Below the pieces are notes generated by a model that was not told the DNA's origin, did not search any database, and was given only the letters and a program-made list of their open reading frames with translations. A stretch of 64,000 bases of DNA from the human T2T-CHM13v2.0 reference genome, Homo sapiens: NCBI RefSeq assembly GCF_009914755.1, contig NC_060928.1, one strand, 5' to 3'. The translations under genes and the position numbers were made by a program. Numbering within the stretch: the stretch's first letter is position 1; every line of letters begins with the position of its first letter. Positions 1 through 13,756 of this stretch are shown here, piece by piece.

Positions 1-67
1 TTTCCGTTTCCTCATCTGTGAATGGGAATAATTATACTTACAATTTGCCATGAGAATTAAATGTAAA
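1..67 (+). mobile_element. MIR SINE fragment
   Basis: MIR core 'gtttcctcatctgtgaatgggaataat...tgagaattaaatg'. Confidence 0.75.
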
Positions 68-147
68 CTACCACACACACGTCAGCATTTCATCACCTAG
101 GTTGCCTTTCTCCTGATTCAGAATAATTTTTTTTTTGGCTTAACTCC

Positions 148-230
148 CTTTTTCTCCAGCTTTATTGAAGTATATAATGGTCAAATAAAATTATATAATG
201 TAAGTTGTCCAACATAATGATTTGACATAC
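148..230 (-). mobile_element. Old L1M (L1MA/MB-like) 3' terminal fragment
   Basis: 'cagctttattgaagtata...aaataaaattatata...aacataatgatttgacatac' resembles reverse-complemented L1M 3' ends. Confidence 0.55.
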
Positions 231-1212
231 AAATATTTTATTTCCTTGTTTATCTCACTTTTCCCCATGGAAGTCATTTCCCTCACATGGTCCTTTTCCT
301 TCTCTTCCTTTCCCCAGTCTTTCTACAGCAAAATCAGCCTTGCCCTTTCATTCCTTCCTAGAATTCTCTGAAATGTTAAATAATATGTTCTGTCGGTGCT
401 AACTCCCAGTGCCTGAAAACATTTGCCCCATGTGGTGGGATGCAATATTTGGGTGCTTTGGCCCTTAAGTATCTACCTGAGCAAGTGTTCCCTACACCCT
501 AACTCTGCACAGAGAGAGATGTTTAGGTTTTTGGAACTATAGTACAAAGAGAGTGCAATAAATGGGACACTCACACCTGCTCTAAGTGGCAGAGGGTGCT
601 TTGCCGAAAAGCAGAACAAAGGCAGATCCTCTTTGTGCCCCCCATAGTTTCCAGCTTTTCACTCTGTAAACACCTAGGTGAGCCCTAAGCATCTCCAGCC
701 CTCCCTTCAAGTCTCAGAAGCCAAATAGCAATACTGAGTGATAGACAGAAGTGCATGATGTCCCTAGGGGAGAAGAAAAATTCTACACCCTTTGCAGAAA
801 GCTTCAGGTGTCTATGAGCCCGTCTCCACTTCATAGAACAGAGAACAGGGCTTGTCATCATGTGTTTAAAATATTCTGTATCACAAGTGGAGTGTTTTCT
901 AAAAACAACGAAGTTGCCACATGGGTTTCAAATGGTAGATCAAGCAATCTGCCATCCTTCCTCCCTGTGAAAACACAGAGATGGTGGTGGTGTCCACCAG
1001 AGTCATCTCAATAAAGGTAAGAGATCAAGGCCATGCTTCTCATGTTGGGTTAGCAACTTCTCAGAACCATCACCCATGAAAGTTTCAGGTAATTCTCAAA
1101 ACTTTCATATCCAGAAATGTTCCATGGAGAATTATTCTATGGATATTTGGAAGAAATAACAAACCTTATAATATGCTGCTACTGCTAATCCTGCTCCAAC
1201 TGTGAAATACGA

Positions 1213-1574
1213 TGATATGGTTTGGCTGTGTCCCCACCCAAATATCATCTTGAATTGCAGCTCCCATAATTCCCACGTGTCATGGGAGTGACCCCATGGG
1301 AGGTAGTTGAATCATGGGGGGAGGTTTTTGCCATGCTCTTCTCATGATAGTAAGTCTCATGAGATCTGATGGTTTTATAAAAGGGAATTCCCCTGTGCAT
1401 GCTCTTTCCTTGACTGCCACCATGTAAGACGTGGCTTTTCTCCTCCTTGCCTTCTGCCATGATTGTGAGGCCTTCCCAGCCACATGGAACTGTGAGTCCA
1501 TTAAGCCTCTTTCCTTTATAAATTACCCAGTCTTGGGTATGTCTTTATTACCAGCGTGAGAACAGACTAACACA
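1213..1574 (+). mobile_element. THE1 (THE1B/C-like) MaLR solo LTR
   Basis: Starts tgatatggtttggctgtgtccccaccc and ends gagaacagactaacaca; 5-bp TSD tacga/tacca (1 mismatch). Confidence 0.92.
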
Positions 1575-1849
1575 TACCACCACCAGAGCTAGGACCAGGT
1601 TCTGACCCATGCCAGAGCTTGGAGACACCATAAGACCTGAAAACAGTTTTACACCACCTTGACTAGTTTCTCTGCATATCTCCGTGTTCTCTGATAGTCT
1701 TACATCATAGTTCCCATTAGCCAGGTAATGTAATTTTAACATTACAAATATGTTCAAATGCATTTACTAGGATCAACTGCCCTCTCTGCTTCTTTCCACT
1801 CCCACCCTCAACTATGCTTCCAGTGCTGCCGCAATCCTTTACATGGCTT

Positions 1850-2035
1850 ATGCTCTTCTATTAGCAGGCACTGTGTTCATCTCTCACATTCATTATCTTA
1901 TTTAACCCTGTGAGATGCCTGCTATTTTAATCCCATTTTACAGATGAGAAAACCAAAGCTTGAAATAGATGAAGCAGCTTGCCCAAGGTCAGACATCTAA
2001 TCTGTGGAGGAGTCAGCCCTCTAACCCAGATCCAC
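1850..2035 (-). mobile_element. MIR SINE
   Basis: 'cccattttacagatgagaaaac...ttgcccaaggtca'. Confidence 0.8.
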
Positions 2036-2449
2036 ATCAACAACAAAGCCAGCCCACTCGAATCACAATTCATATATACATTCTGCCTATTCTTAGCATA
2101 TTTTTCTGCCTCTTAGAATGAAAGTCACATAGAATACAATAAAAATCACTGATTACCTATTTTTAACTCAAATACAAGTTTATTGAGTGGGGAATTTCTA
2201 TTGAGTCATTCAACATGGAGATGTGGGAAGAACTAGAGAAAGGCAGAGGATATATTTGGGCCAAGATTTCTGCCATAGTTTAGTGCCAAGCCTGGGGGGC
2301 TGGACAGCTAGGTGCTCTATCTGTTTCTACCATGTAGGCTTGCTGTGAAATCCCAAACAAATCCTCCATCCCCAGGCTCATTTCCTTGTTTGCAAATTAT
2401 AGTAGCCCATCCCACCAGGTTGTTGCATCAGGTATTACCTAGTGACGTT

Positions 2450-3316
2450 TGAATATGGAAAATGAGAACTAAGTCTTACATACCCCCATTCACATACATT
2501 AATATATTTCCTTTCTCTTCATCATCCCAATATAGTTACTTTATGTTCTTGTTAAGTAAATATTCAACATTTATGTTATTATAACTATTTAACTTTTGTT
2601 CACCGCTGAACTATGGAGTGTGTCATTAAATTTTCTTTCTTACATACTTTTTTGTTTCCCCTGAAGTTAATAATTGTCTTATTTCTTATTTCCCTCCTTT
2701 TTTTGGCTCAATGCCAAAAAAAAGTTCTTTGCCAAAACCAGAAAGTTTTTCTCAATATATACCAGCAAATCAGACAACAGATCAGTTCCACTTTTTTCCT
2801 CCTGCTCTGATCCAGAGTGGCTTCTCTCCAGGCATTCTGCACAGCTGACATTCTAGTGCTCCCCTTTGCCTTCACTCAAGGAATATCTTTGGCCTCTCTT
2901 TGGGTCTGGACCTCTTATTCCCTAGACCCCAGATCTTCCTCTTGCTTAGTTTACTCTTTCGTTTTCAAGGCACATCTCGTTTAGTGGCTTTCTGAGAAAT
3001 TCATAAAGACCTTGTATATCTGAAAATACTTTATTCCATTCCAAAATTTGATCAAGTTTACATTCATTTTCTTATTTAATTCAATGAATGTCCATTATTT
3101 TATTCCCATGGCAATGGGAGGCAGTGGCAGAATATTGATTTCGAGGTAAGAGTTAAATTTGTCAATATAATTATCTATCCTCTCCTAGCTCCAAGTAGTG
3201 TTTTTTCAATGTGATTCTCAATTCTTTGCATAGGAACTGTTTTTTTTTTCTTCCTGAATATTTTAGTAGATTTTCTTTAGCCCAAATGTTCTGAAATGTT
3301 TCAATGATGTGTCTAG

Positions 3317-3364
<48 letters not shown>

Positions 3365-4580
3365 CATTCATTATGCTAACATTGAGTTGACTCTTACAAT
3401 CTGTGGCTCTTATAATCTTGTCTCTTGGTTCAAGGAAATTCTTTCATTAATTCTTTAACAGTTCTCTTCCCTCCATTTTATCTGTTATATCTTTCTGAAA
3501 CTCCTGTGGATTTAGATGTTGGACTTCCTGGGCTGATCTTCAAATTTTCATGTTTGCTTTTATTTTTTCATTCCCATTCTTCTCAGAGAGTTTTTTTCTC
3601 TGTTTTCTAGTTCATTAATTAATTTTAATTTCCACTTTGGTATTTTTAATTTCCAAGATTTTATTCTGGTTTTCGGAATATTCCTTTCCATAGTTCCTGT
3701 TCTTTATGATAAGTGCAATATACTCTCTTACCTCTAGAAATAAATATTTTAAAAAATGTTTTCCTCTGCCCTGCACTGCCTCAGTTTCCTCAAATTTTTT
3801 TTTTTGTTTCTCTTCTATTCTCTCACTTTCACATTAGAGGCCTTCCAAGAATGGTCATCTGTTCCATTCAAGAGTAACACATCCAAGGCTGACTAGAAGT
3901 TCCAGGAGCATGGGCAGGGGTTACAAATGGTGAACTTTACTGCAATGTGACATGGAGGAGAGTTGGCACTTTCATGAGAGGCCTTTTTTGGATTGGTCAG
4001 TTTCCCCAGAAGACAATCATTTGCTCTCCCTCTGGCAGGGCATAAGGCAAGTTGTTGGCACTTTGAAAGAGAAGAGAGAAACTGGGGTCTCACTCTTTAG
4101 TAAACAGACTTTCACTTAAAACCTCCTTATTTTCCTTATTCCATATTAACTGTTCTTCTACTGTGCCTAACTGTCCCCTAGTCCAGATATCTGGCTGAAC
4201 TTCATTAGAAAGCAAACTGTTGTATGTCTTGGTCCAGTGGGGGAAGGGATCAGGTCTGTTTGGTCATTCTGTGTATCTATTCACCTGTTTTCACTCTGAC
4301 CCGTATCTCACCTTCTACCTTCAATTTATGAGCATTTCCAGAATTTGGCAGAGCAAAACAGCCTGCTTTTTGTTGATTCCTTCACCTACAAGCTTAAATT
4401 TCAGTATTATTTTAATGCTGTGCCAAGTCAGTTACCATTTGTTTATTCTTCTTTGAGCTTTCAAAATGTAGTTGGCATTTCTTCCCCGATGCCATCTCCT
4501 CTTTCATTCTCTTTGTCCTTTGAGCTTTAAACTTTTTATAATGTCTTTTTGTAGGATTTCAGGTACCATATTTAACTCAA
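2450..4580 (-). mobile_element. Ancient HAL1/L1M-type LINE, 5' region with ORF1 remnant
   Basis: Minus ORF 3171-3371 contains TPRHIIETFQNIWAKENLLKYSGRKKKQFLCKELRI, similar to L1 ORF1p (TPRHIIVRF...KEKMLRAAREKGRV); T-rich flanks resemble recalled HAL1/L1M sequence. Confidence 0.65.
3319..3362. repeat. (TG)n microsatellite, about 22 units
   Basis: Perfect GT repeat. Confidence 0.97.
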
Positions 4581-4619
4581 AATACAGTTTCCACTACTTG
4601 TATTTAATAGGATATCAAA

Positions 4620-6300
4620 AGCATTCTCCTCCATACTGAAAACATAGAGTAAATAAAACACTTTATTTCAGTAAAATACTGAAAACACCATTTGAACGGC
4701 TTTCTCATAGTATATCTAACCATTAACCTATCATTGGAAATTTAGAATGAATCAAAATTTCATTATTATAAATAGCATCAAAATAGCCATCCTTTCACAT
4801 TAAGTTTAGTCTTGTCTCTAATAATTTCCTTAAGAACTATTTCTAGAATAATATTAAGTCAAGTATTTTAAATTTTTAAACTATTGATACATGTTACCTA
4901 ATTGATTTCCAGAAAGGCAGTAATAAATCAGCACTCTTCCTCAAAGAAGAGTCAGTAGTTAAATGGAATTTATCCCATCATCACCAACAGTATCATTTCT
5001 CAAAATCTTTATCAGTCATGTCCCCATTATTGTTTTAATTTGCATTTACCTGTTGACAAATGTGACTACATTTTTTTCATATATTTATTGGTAACATATA
5101 TCTTCTGTTAATTGCTCATGGACCCAGCTCATTGTTTTCCTAGTGAAATGTGAGGTTATTTCTTATTTGTATGAGATCTTCATTTGTTAAAAGCATCAAG
5201 CCTTTTGGCTAGATTTCTCAAAAACATTTTTTCCAATTTTTTTAATCTAATACAATTCTTAGAATTTATCTCTGAAACACAGAGAATTTTTACATTTTTA
5301 CATAGTCAAAATTGTCACTCTTTTTTCATTTATGCTTAGAGGCCTTCTCATCCCATGATCAGATAAATGTTACCCTACACTTTCTCCTCTTTAAAATATG
5401 TTTTGAATTTTTTGCATTTTACACTTTTCCGCCTGAAATTTAATTTGTAGCATTTTCTCCCAGTCAATCAGGTAACTCAACACCACTGACTGCATACTTG
5501 TCAGTTTCTCAACTAATATGTAATGTAATTTTGAACACATTTTAAGCTCTTATATTCAATAGTCTGTCTCTTGGCTCTTTCAACCCCATTTGTCTGTTGA
5601 TTCTTACTCCAGAATATCCTGTTTTAATTACCATTAACTTTATAGCACATTGCAATGTCTACTAGAGAAAAGCCTGCTTTACTGCTCTTCTTTTTCTAAT
5701 TTTTTTAACTCTCTCATTATATTTATTATTCAAGATGAACTCTAGAATATTTGGTCAAGTTTCCAGAAAACTACAGAAGCAACATGATTTCGATTAGAAT
5801 TGCATTAAATATGTAAATTCATTTGAGAAAAATCGAAGTGCTGAGGGGATTCATTTTTCCTTTTTAGGAAGATGACACCTATCTCCATGTATCCAAATCT
5901 ACCTTATATCTATTCTGGGAGTTGTACTGTTTTTCCAGTACAGAGTCTATATAATTACTCAATCAGTTTATTTCTGGATATTTTATGTGTTGGTACTATT
6001 TTGAATAATTTTTATCTTCATAGTTTCTAAATGATTATAACCATTATATCAAAAAGTTAGTTATTAATTTTTATATATTTATTTTATATTGAATCAACTA
6101 ACTCAACTCATAATTTCTAATAATTTTTCAGTGTTTCTAAGAATCTTTGCTTTACAATGTAAACAGTAATTTTACCTGGTAATATCATTTTTATCTCCTC
6201 TTTTCCACATCTTACTGTGAACCAGGTATTAGTAGGCTGTCATGAGTGAAACTGTAGACACCCTTGTCATGATCCTGGTTTTAAAGAAAATACTTTCACA
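4620..6300 (-). mobile_element. Ancient L1ME-like LINE (ORF2 3' part and 3' UTR), degenerate
   Basis: Antisense L1 motifs 'cattattgttttaatttgcattt', 'gaattgcattaaatatgtaaattcatttg', 'cccttgtcatgatcctggttttaaagaaaatactttca'. Confidence 0.7.
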
Positions 6301-6304
6301 ACAA

Positions 6305-6560
6305 GAATAATCATTGCTAATTTTTACTCAGTGCTTTCTGTATGCCAGTCACTTTGCCAAGGGATTTAACTATATTATTTCCTTCCATCTTCAATCACTT
6401 TAGGAGAAAGTTACTATTGTAATCCCATTTTAAAGACAATGAAACTGAGGGTTTAGAGTAGAAATATATTCAAGGTTATCCAGCTAGTCAATGACAATGC
6501 AGGATTTCAACGCCACATTGATTTGACTCCAGAGCTCATGCTTGCCACATATTAGTATTT
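6305..6560 (-). mobile_element. MIR SINE
   Basis: 'tgccagtcactttgccaaggg...cccattttaaagacaatgaaactgaggg...caaggttatccagctagt'. Confidence 0.8.
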
Positions 6561-7519
6561 CAAGTAAGCACGATTTGTTGATAGGAGTTTTGAAGGAGGG
6601 CTTTGAGATTTTTTTCTTATCTCTTTTGGTGTTTGTTTGTTTGATTGAATGTTTGCGCTGAGAAGATGGGAGAGAGAAGAGTAGGTTGCTTCTAGGCAGG
6701 CAGAACATAGACATGAAGAGAACATTGAGTACATTAATGATGCAAGAAAAGTGCAACAGAAAATGCTTCCTCATAGTTCTTCAAGTTATGTGTGGACACC
6801 AAAATCAATTACTAATGAAAAGAATACATTTCAAAGGCCAAAAAAATGCATCTAAGAGTTTTGGTATTATTACAACACAAATAAAGCTATATCATGTAAC
6901 CACTTGACCATTTCAGTTTCCAAAATTTCTCAAAAAGCATTTTGGTCTCATTAACTCAGATCTTTGATTCACTGAATAGTAAGGCAAAAGGTGGGGTTAA
7001 GGTGATTTGTGCTATTTAAGGCTCATCTTGGCAAGAAGCTGACTTGAGGGAGACGGTGTGCTTCCTTTTCCCGTGTAAAAAAAGGAATCCAGCAATGCAA
7101 AAAATAAAGTCTTTTAAAGTGGTACACAAAATTATGTATTTCTGCAGCATATCCCAGGCTTACTGGCTATGTAATAGACCTGCTGGACTCCCACCACTGC
7201 AAGAAGCTCGTGCCCAAAGCATTATGATTAGCATAGGAAACATGAAGATCTTACTTTTCCACCACACAATTTCAATTGTTGGGGTTGGTAGGAGAAGTTC
7301 TTCCTTAAAAATCATTACATAAAAGTTTTCAGCTTGAAGTGCTAAAAGAGGTTTCAGCATTTAAAGTGCCACACTCTTTTATAGGAAGGGGACAATTGAT
7401 TCGCACTAATGAGGTGTTCATTTAAGAACACAATTTTTTTTTTTTTTACAAGCGTTAAGAATACTTATCCTTGACCAGTGAACAGAGAGGTGGTTTGATC
7501 TGAGCAAACACATACAGGA

Positions 7520-7705
7520 TTGTGTTTCTGACCTAGGTTTTAATCCCGGTCTTTTTGTGCAGGGCTCTTAACCTGTCAGCTCTGGGTCTATTCATTTGTC
7601 CATTGGTAATAATAACATTGCTGCCACTTCCTCGATAAGGCTTCTATGAGATTGAAAAAGGGGTATACATGGAAAAGTGCTTTTGAAAACTGAAATACAC
7701 TTGAT
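7520..7705 (+). mobile_element. MIR SINE (degenerate)
   Basis: 'acctaggttttaatcccgg...aataataacattg...tatgagattgaaa'. Confidence 0.6.
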
Positions 7706-9429
7706 ATGTGTAAGGAAAGATCCAACGGTTTCCAGGACACTCTCCCTAAAGTGTAGTCATATTTATTGTTCACCCGAACTCCTCTGAAAAAGACAGTCAT
7801 CGGCAGTAATGGAGTTCTGCAGAGAGCCAGCCTGTTTCCATTTCAGTTCAAAGCCCTTGCGGCAGCAAACTTTCAATCCAGGCACTGCCCCTGAGTCCCA
7901 AGTAAATTGTCTGTTTCCCCAATATAAATGGTGAGCATTTAAACAGATCATATTCTTTTATCAGGCAGTGACCATCAAAATTTAAAGGCTAAAGGAAGGA
8001 TGACCTATTTTACATGGACTTTATGAGAGGCTTTAGAGAGAGGTGCCACGTGATCCTAGGACGGCTTGATAACGTCAGCTCTGGGTCACCACATGGCTTT
8101 TTCCCTCAGTCCCTTTGGCCAGTCATTTCTTTTATACACTGTACAGTGGCTCTGTGTACTGGGGACTAGCTTAAATTGAGCTTGAGACAAGGGCCATGGA
8201 ATGATTGAGTAGTGAATTAGATAGAAAATTGCGGCTTTTGCACCATAAGTGAGAGAATCGCTGCATTCAACCAGCTGCTATGACTTGAGGATTTCACACT
8301 TCTTTTGACATTTTTTTTCAAAAGGAAAACTTGATGCAAAATATATTTGTTTCTTTAGACACGCAAGAGCTGCCTGTTGCCCTCGACCTTTTAAAATCTT
8401 CCCTCCACATCTCAAATATTCCTTAGCCATCATCAGCATAAGTTGTGACCTATGAAAATCAATGTTCAAGAAAGAGTTGGAGGAGGGAAAAACCCACTCA
8501 AGGTTCACTGGGCCCCCATCAGAACAATCAGCCATGAATGTGGGATACAGGAGTACAGGAGGCTGAACATAAAAGGCAAAGATACCACAGAGAGAATTGA
8601 TTTCTTATATTGGCTATTTGGGTTTTACGCAAATTTGTACCAAGAGGTACATAAAATTGAGTCAAATTTGAAAACCGTAAAACACTGGATTGGTTTATTT
8701 GCATTTGTTCATTCATGCATGAGCACAACTAGTTGTTCTAGAACAGGCAGATGAGGGCACTGGTTATATATGGCCACTTGATTTGAGCACACATGACTTG
8801 AGCCTGCTCTATGCCTGGAACTGTCCTAGGCCCTGAGAGAAATAGGCAAATGAGCAAGATTTAGATTCTGGCTTCCAGGGATTGATACATAGCTCTGATT
8901 CCAGACAGTGAGAAAACTACTAGAAGAGAACCATCAAATGCTTTGGCTGTCTCCCTAACTGAGCTATAGCTTTTTACAGTAGACATAAAGCCCCATGAGC
9001 ATAGATTAGGCGAAGGATAAGGCAAACACCTCCGCAAGTCTCCCAAGTCCCCAGACAATCTGATGCCACCCAGATGGAAGGACCTCTCCCCAGTGCCTGT
9101 CACACCACACAACACAACTAACCACTCAGCATTCTTCAAACATAACCACACATTTACTCTTCCAGGTCCTGTTCACAAGCCTCCTTCTACTTAGAACACT
9201 TTTATACCATCTTTGCCAACCTAGAAACCTCTGATTATTTCCCCTGTGGCCAAACTCAGTGATCCTTAGGGTGAAAATGGTCAGTGAGACGTCATTCCAA
9301 GGTCTCTCCCAGCCTCTAAGCCAATGATATGTGAACCTAAGAAATATACAGAACAGTTCACCTCTGTTGAACCATGAAGCCATTCCTGATGCCCTGAGGC
9401 ATAATTGGGCCTCTGAACTTCCATCCCAC

Positions 9430-9610
9430 ATGCTTCTTCTGCTACTATAGCACTAAATGCACTGGAATTGTAAATAGTTGTTTGTTAGCCATTTACTAGT
9501 TGATCCTTCCAAGTAGAATGAGTACAACTCAAGGGCAGCGTCTGCATCTTATTTCGTTTTTGTCCTGTCTAACAAACAGTCATGTGGCCATAGCTAAGTG
9601 TCAATCACTC
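9430..9610 (+). mobile_element. L2 LINE 3' fragment
   Basis: 'tagaatgagtacaactcaagggcagcgtctgcatcttattt' resembles the L2 3' end. Confidence 0.5.
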
Positions 9611-9629
9611 GTCCAAGTGCATTGTGTGT

Positions 9630-9790
9630 GTTTCTTCATTTAGTCCTCACTACAGCCCTATGAGATAGATTACTATCATTATCCAAGTTTGCCCATGAGG
9701 GAGCTGAGACACAGCAAGTTTAAGTAACATGCTCACGGTCACACAGCTGATCAGTGGGTAACCAGCCTGGTTGTTAACCACGCTCTTATC
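9630..9790 (-). mobile_element. MIR SINE
   Basis: 'catttagtcctcactacagccctatgagatag...aagtaacatgctcacggtcacacagct'. Confidence 0.8.
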
Positions 9791-9969
9791 TGTTCCTTTA
9801 TGCTGCCTTTTACCTATCTTTGTACCCTCAAGGCTTGGCTCAGAGGTCCAGTATGTGGAGCTCACTAAATGCATATTAGCTGATTAAATGACCGAGCAGG
9901 TGATCAATCAGTACTGGTTAGTCCTGGCTAGACCCTCCTGCAAAGTTCTAGGCTATAGAAGTTAGGGAT

Positions 9970-10305
9970 AATAAGCAGATTTGGAGAAGGTTCAGAAAAA
10001 CTCAAGAAGACAGAAATGAAGAATTATACCTATGGATTTAGGTTGCTTAGCCTTGAGAGCAACAGCCGCAGGCTGGTTTCATAATGATCATCAAGAAAGG
10101 AAGGCTGATTCGTGAAGACAGTGACTGAGCTGTTTTTCTCCACCTCCGGGGAGGAGAAAGGAGCAGAACTGTGCCTAAGCTGCAATGGGCAGAGTTTAAA
10201 TCCACTACAAGGAAGAATTTCCTTGGCCTAAGTGTCATTTGTTAGACCTAGGAATGAGTTATAGAGAGAGGCTACATTAGGTTATCTGTCTTCAGCCTTT
10301 TGGAC
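9970..10305 (+). mobile_element. L3/CR1 LINE 3' fragment
   Basis: 'ttggagaaggttcagaa...acctatgga...ttagccttgaga...aaggaagaatttcct' follows the motif order of the CR1 RT C-terminus and 3' end. Confidence 0.6.
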
Positions 10306-11499
10306 TTGCTTCTGCTCAGAGTGAGGAACATGTAGAATGAAAACAAACAATACAAGGTCTCTCCCAGCCTTATGAATCTGATATTTGAATCTAAGAAATA
10401 CATCAAACATTTCGTCCTCCTTGATTCAACAAATGAAAAAAATGAATTGATGAATGAACGTGTCCCACATTTAAAAGGCAATAACAAAAAATTACAACCA
10501 GCTATAAGAAAAAGGGTCTTCTTAGGAGATACTTTTGTGCTAGAGATGTAACAATAGAAGAAAAACAGAACTTATTTCAGTTCTTCTATGGCGTCTGTGA
10601 TCCAACTCTCTCTTGCTAGGTCCATCATCCTCTTGACATAAAATTAGAAAAGGTCAGTCTACATCCTCAGGTGCTGGTTTTGACCCATCATCACCATTTA
10701 CTCACTTGATGGATGACAGTATCTTGATACATATTTCTTTAAACATGAAGTAAACTCAAAATATGAACCACTATTTCATCAATGTCCAATCTAAAGCACT
10801 TTAAACATAAAGAAACAAATCCTTCCCTGAGAACAGGAAACAACATCAAACCTACTTATTTTTTTTTTCCTACATGAAAACTGAAATGTGAAATAGTAAT
10901 GGAATTGAAAGAGAAGGTAGAGAGTACACAAATCTATATGCATATTTGGTACATTTCAAAACCATGATTCGGCTTTATTTTCTGTTAATGACAATAAAAC
11001 CTTGCACTTGTAGAATGCTTTACAGTAATAAAAGTTATTTAAAACAAACATTATTTCACTGAACTTGTATCTGAAAGGTAAGTATCTTCCTTTTCATCTT
11101 ATAGAGGCAGAAACAGCTCAGAGAAATAAGGGACTTGATTGAGGTCACACTGATAGGCCTTCAGCCAGGCCTTCTCACTTCTAGATTGACCATTTCAGGT
11201 ACACCTGTGTTGGGTGCCTGGTGAGCACCCAGTACACCTTACCATGTACTGCCTCTATTGAGAGCTGTGGAGTGGCCCTATAAAACCTTGAGAAATTCAG
11301 CTGGTCTAATAATCTTGGGAGACCTGGCATAAGAGAAACTGCTCTATCTGTTCTGAGTACAGAATACCCACTATCAGTGAGAGCCTGCATTCTAACTCAG
11401 GCTTTCCCTGCTTGCAAAATTATCTCCTCATGAAAAACCTGGCTCAGATGCCATCTACTCTGTGAAATTGTCCCTATTCCCCTCGCTCCAGGTAGAGGG

Positions 11500-11720
11500 A
11501 CATAATCCTATAAGCTCTGGATCCAGGCTGCTTGGGTCTCAGTCTCATGTAATAATTAAGTGACCTTACCCTCTGTTAGCCAGCCTCATCTACCAAATAG
11601 GAATACAACTAATATCCCCCTCATTCAGAGGTGGTAAGGAGTCAATGATTCTGTATCAGAAAAATGCTTCCAACAGCTCTTGGCACAGAGTAAGCTCTGT
11701 GTTTGTTAACTATCATTGTT
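11500..11720 (+). mobile_element. MIR SINE
   Basis: 'ctctggatccaggctgcttgggt...gtgacctt...cctcatct...ttggcacagagtaagc'. Confidence 0.7.
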
Positions 11721-12069
11721 AACTGTTCCTGAAATTACTGTCATTGGTAACTATTCCTGAAATTATTACCTTCTCTGAGTCTTCACAGGGCTTTGTTTAT
11801 CCTCCTGATGTATGACTCATATTTTTTATAACTATTCTCCATGATTTGGTTAGTTATTATCCACCCCATCATCAGCCCAGAGACCTCAGTTTCTCTTCCA
11901 ACAATCTCTTTTCAGATCTCTTTTCAGATGGAGGCACTGATACCCACTTATATCTACTGCCAGCTGAAGCTGGCTTGGCTCTGCAAGGTTTTTCTCCTCC
12001 TGCCTCTTTAGACTTATGTACCACCATTCCTGCCTCACCCTGAATGGCTGGTGTCACATCCAACTGCAT

Positions 12070-12410
12070 GTTCCTCAACACACACTTCAACACTGCTCTC
12101 TTTCCTATGTCTGACATAGGCTCTCTTTTGCCTTGAATTGTCTTCCCAGTTCTTTGGCTTAACTCCTTTTCTTCGTTTAAGAATTAGCTCCAGTATTGCC
12201 TCCTCCATGCAACTCCCAAGATAGATTAGAGGCCTACCTACAGTGCTCCCATGATACATGGAGCATTTTGTGGTTGTCCTATCATTATAATGACCTGCCG
12301 TGCTCTCCCACCATGACCTTGCGTTGCAGGGCAACATCTTCAGTCACTTTCTCATCTTCTTAAGTATGGATGTGCTTTGCACATGGGGGGTATTCAAAAA
12401 AACACTGAAT
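12070..12410 (+). mobile_element. L2 LINE 3' fragment
   Basis: 'gctccagtattgcctcctccatg...accttgcgttgcagggcaac' resembles L2. Confidence 0.5.
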
Positions 12411-12439
12411 AGCTGGTCTCATTAAGTAGGTAATAGATA

Positions 12440-12715
12440 GATAATGACACATATTGTGCATTTGATGGGTCACCAAGCAGTGCTTACTGATGTGTTCTTC
12501 TAAACACTTTCAAGAATGTGATTCATTTAATCTCCATGACAATCTCATAAAGACGCTACTATAATTATCCCCATTTTATAGCTGAGAAAACTGAAGCAAA
12601 GTGAGATTTAAAAACTTTACCAATGTTACACAGTTAGGAATTAAGGACACCAAGGTTAGAACTCAGAAGTCTGTCTCAAGATCAACACGTTCTTGACCCA
12701 TATGCTATAATACCT
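12440..12715 (-). mobile_element. MIR SINE
   Basis: 'atccccattttatagctgagaaaactgaagc...gttacacag'. Confidence 0.8.
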
Positions 12716-13756
12716 GCTCAAAAAGGGGTATCATAATAGTAAAGATACCTCAACAGACACAGACAATATGTTCCAGTTCCAATTTTACAGATGAGAAAGT
12801 AGCAGAAGAAAGTTTATGGAGAAGCAGTCCAGGGGAAAAAAGGTAGAAAGCTGAACTGGAAGATGATAACCATTGCTCCTCACTAGCCAGCGCTGGAACT
12901 TGGGCCAATCTCTTATTCTCCCTCTTGATGTAAAATCGAAGGCTTAGGAACCTGTCTCTGCTTCCTTCCAGATCAAATATCCAATTTCACTTAGTTTTGA
13001 CAAACATTCATCCAGGGCTTATTGCGCACCAGGCTCCGTGATACACCTTGATCCTTGAGGAGTTCATCTTCTTGTGGGGAGACAGGCACAGATAGACAGT
13101 ATTTCTAGACCAGTTCAAAATGGCCACAGTGTGGTGACATGGGTTGTTTTAAAGGAAACCATCCTATTATAAATCATTATCCAGACATGAGTCCTTGGCC
13201 CCTCCATAATATCTTCAATCTAACAACTGGCCAAAACAATGACGTGTCACGAAGGATACATCCCATCTTCCCTCCAAGTCCTCATGCAAGCGTAATCACC
13301 TCGGTTTACAAGTGAAGAAGCCAGTGATCAGGCTAAGTTTGCCCATGGTCATACAGCTCCCTGGTGGCATAAGCCACTGCCATCTCTGTCCCTGAGTGCT
13401 CTCCCAGAGCTGAAGTGGGCTATGGGGGACAGGGGCATTAACTGTGCTACAGCTGCTGTTGGTTTTCCAGGATGGTTATATGCTTAAATGGATTTTCAGA
13501 TTTACAGTTGATTCTAGAAATTGCATCTAGTTCATTTCCAACTCCATAAGTAAAAGCTGGTTCACTTAAGGCAAACAGCATCCAATTAAAATACATTCTG
13601 TAGAAGTGAGTGAGCAAGGCATTTTGCCCAACTCTTGACTTATTAAAAAAAGAAAATCCTTTCGGGGAAGTTTTCAAAGAGCAATCCCATCACATTATTG
13701 TGAGATGAAAGAGTTAAAGTATGAATGATAAAATATAATGTGAAAATATACTCTGA

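Noticed and set aside
7348-7413. Shared 13-mer gaggtttcagcat and cactaatgag with the region near 40775-40807
   Set aside because: Dozens of 13-mer matches are expected by chance within 64 kb, and the spacing differs.
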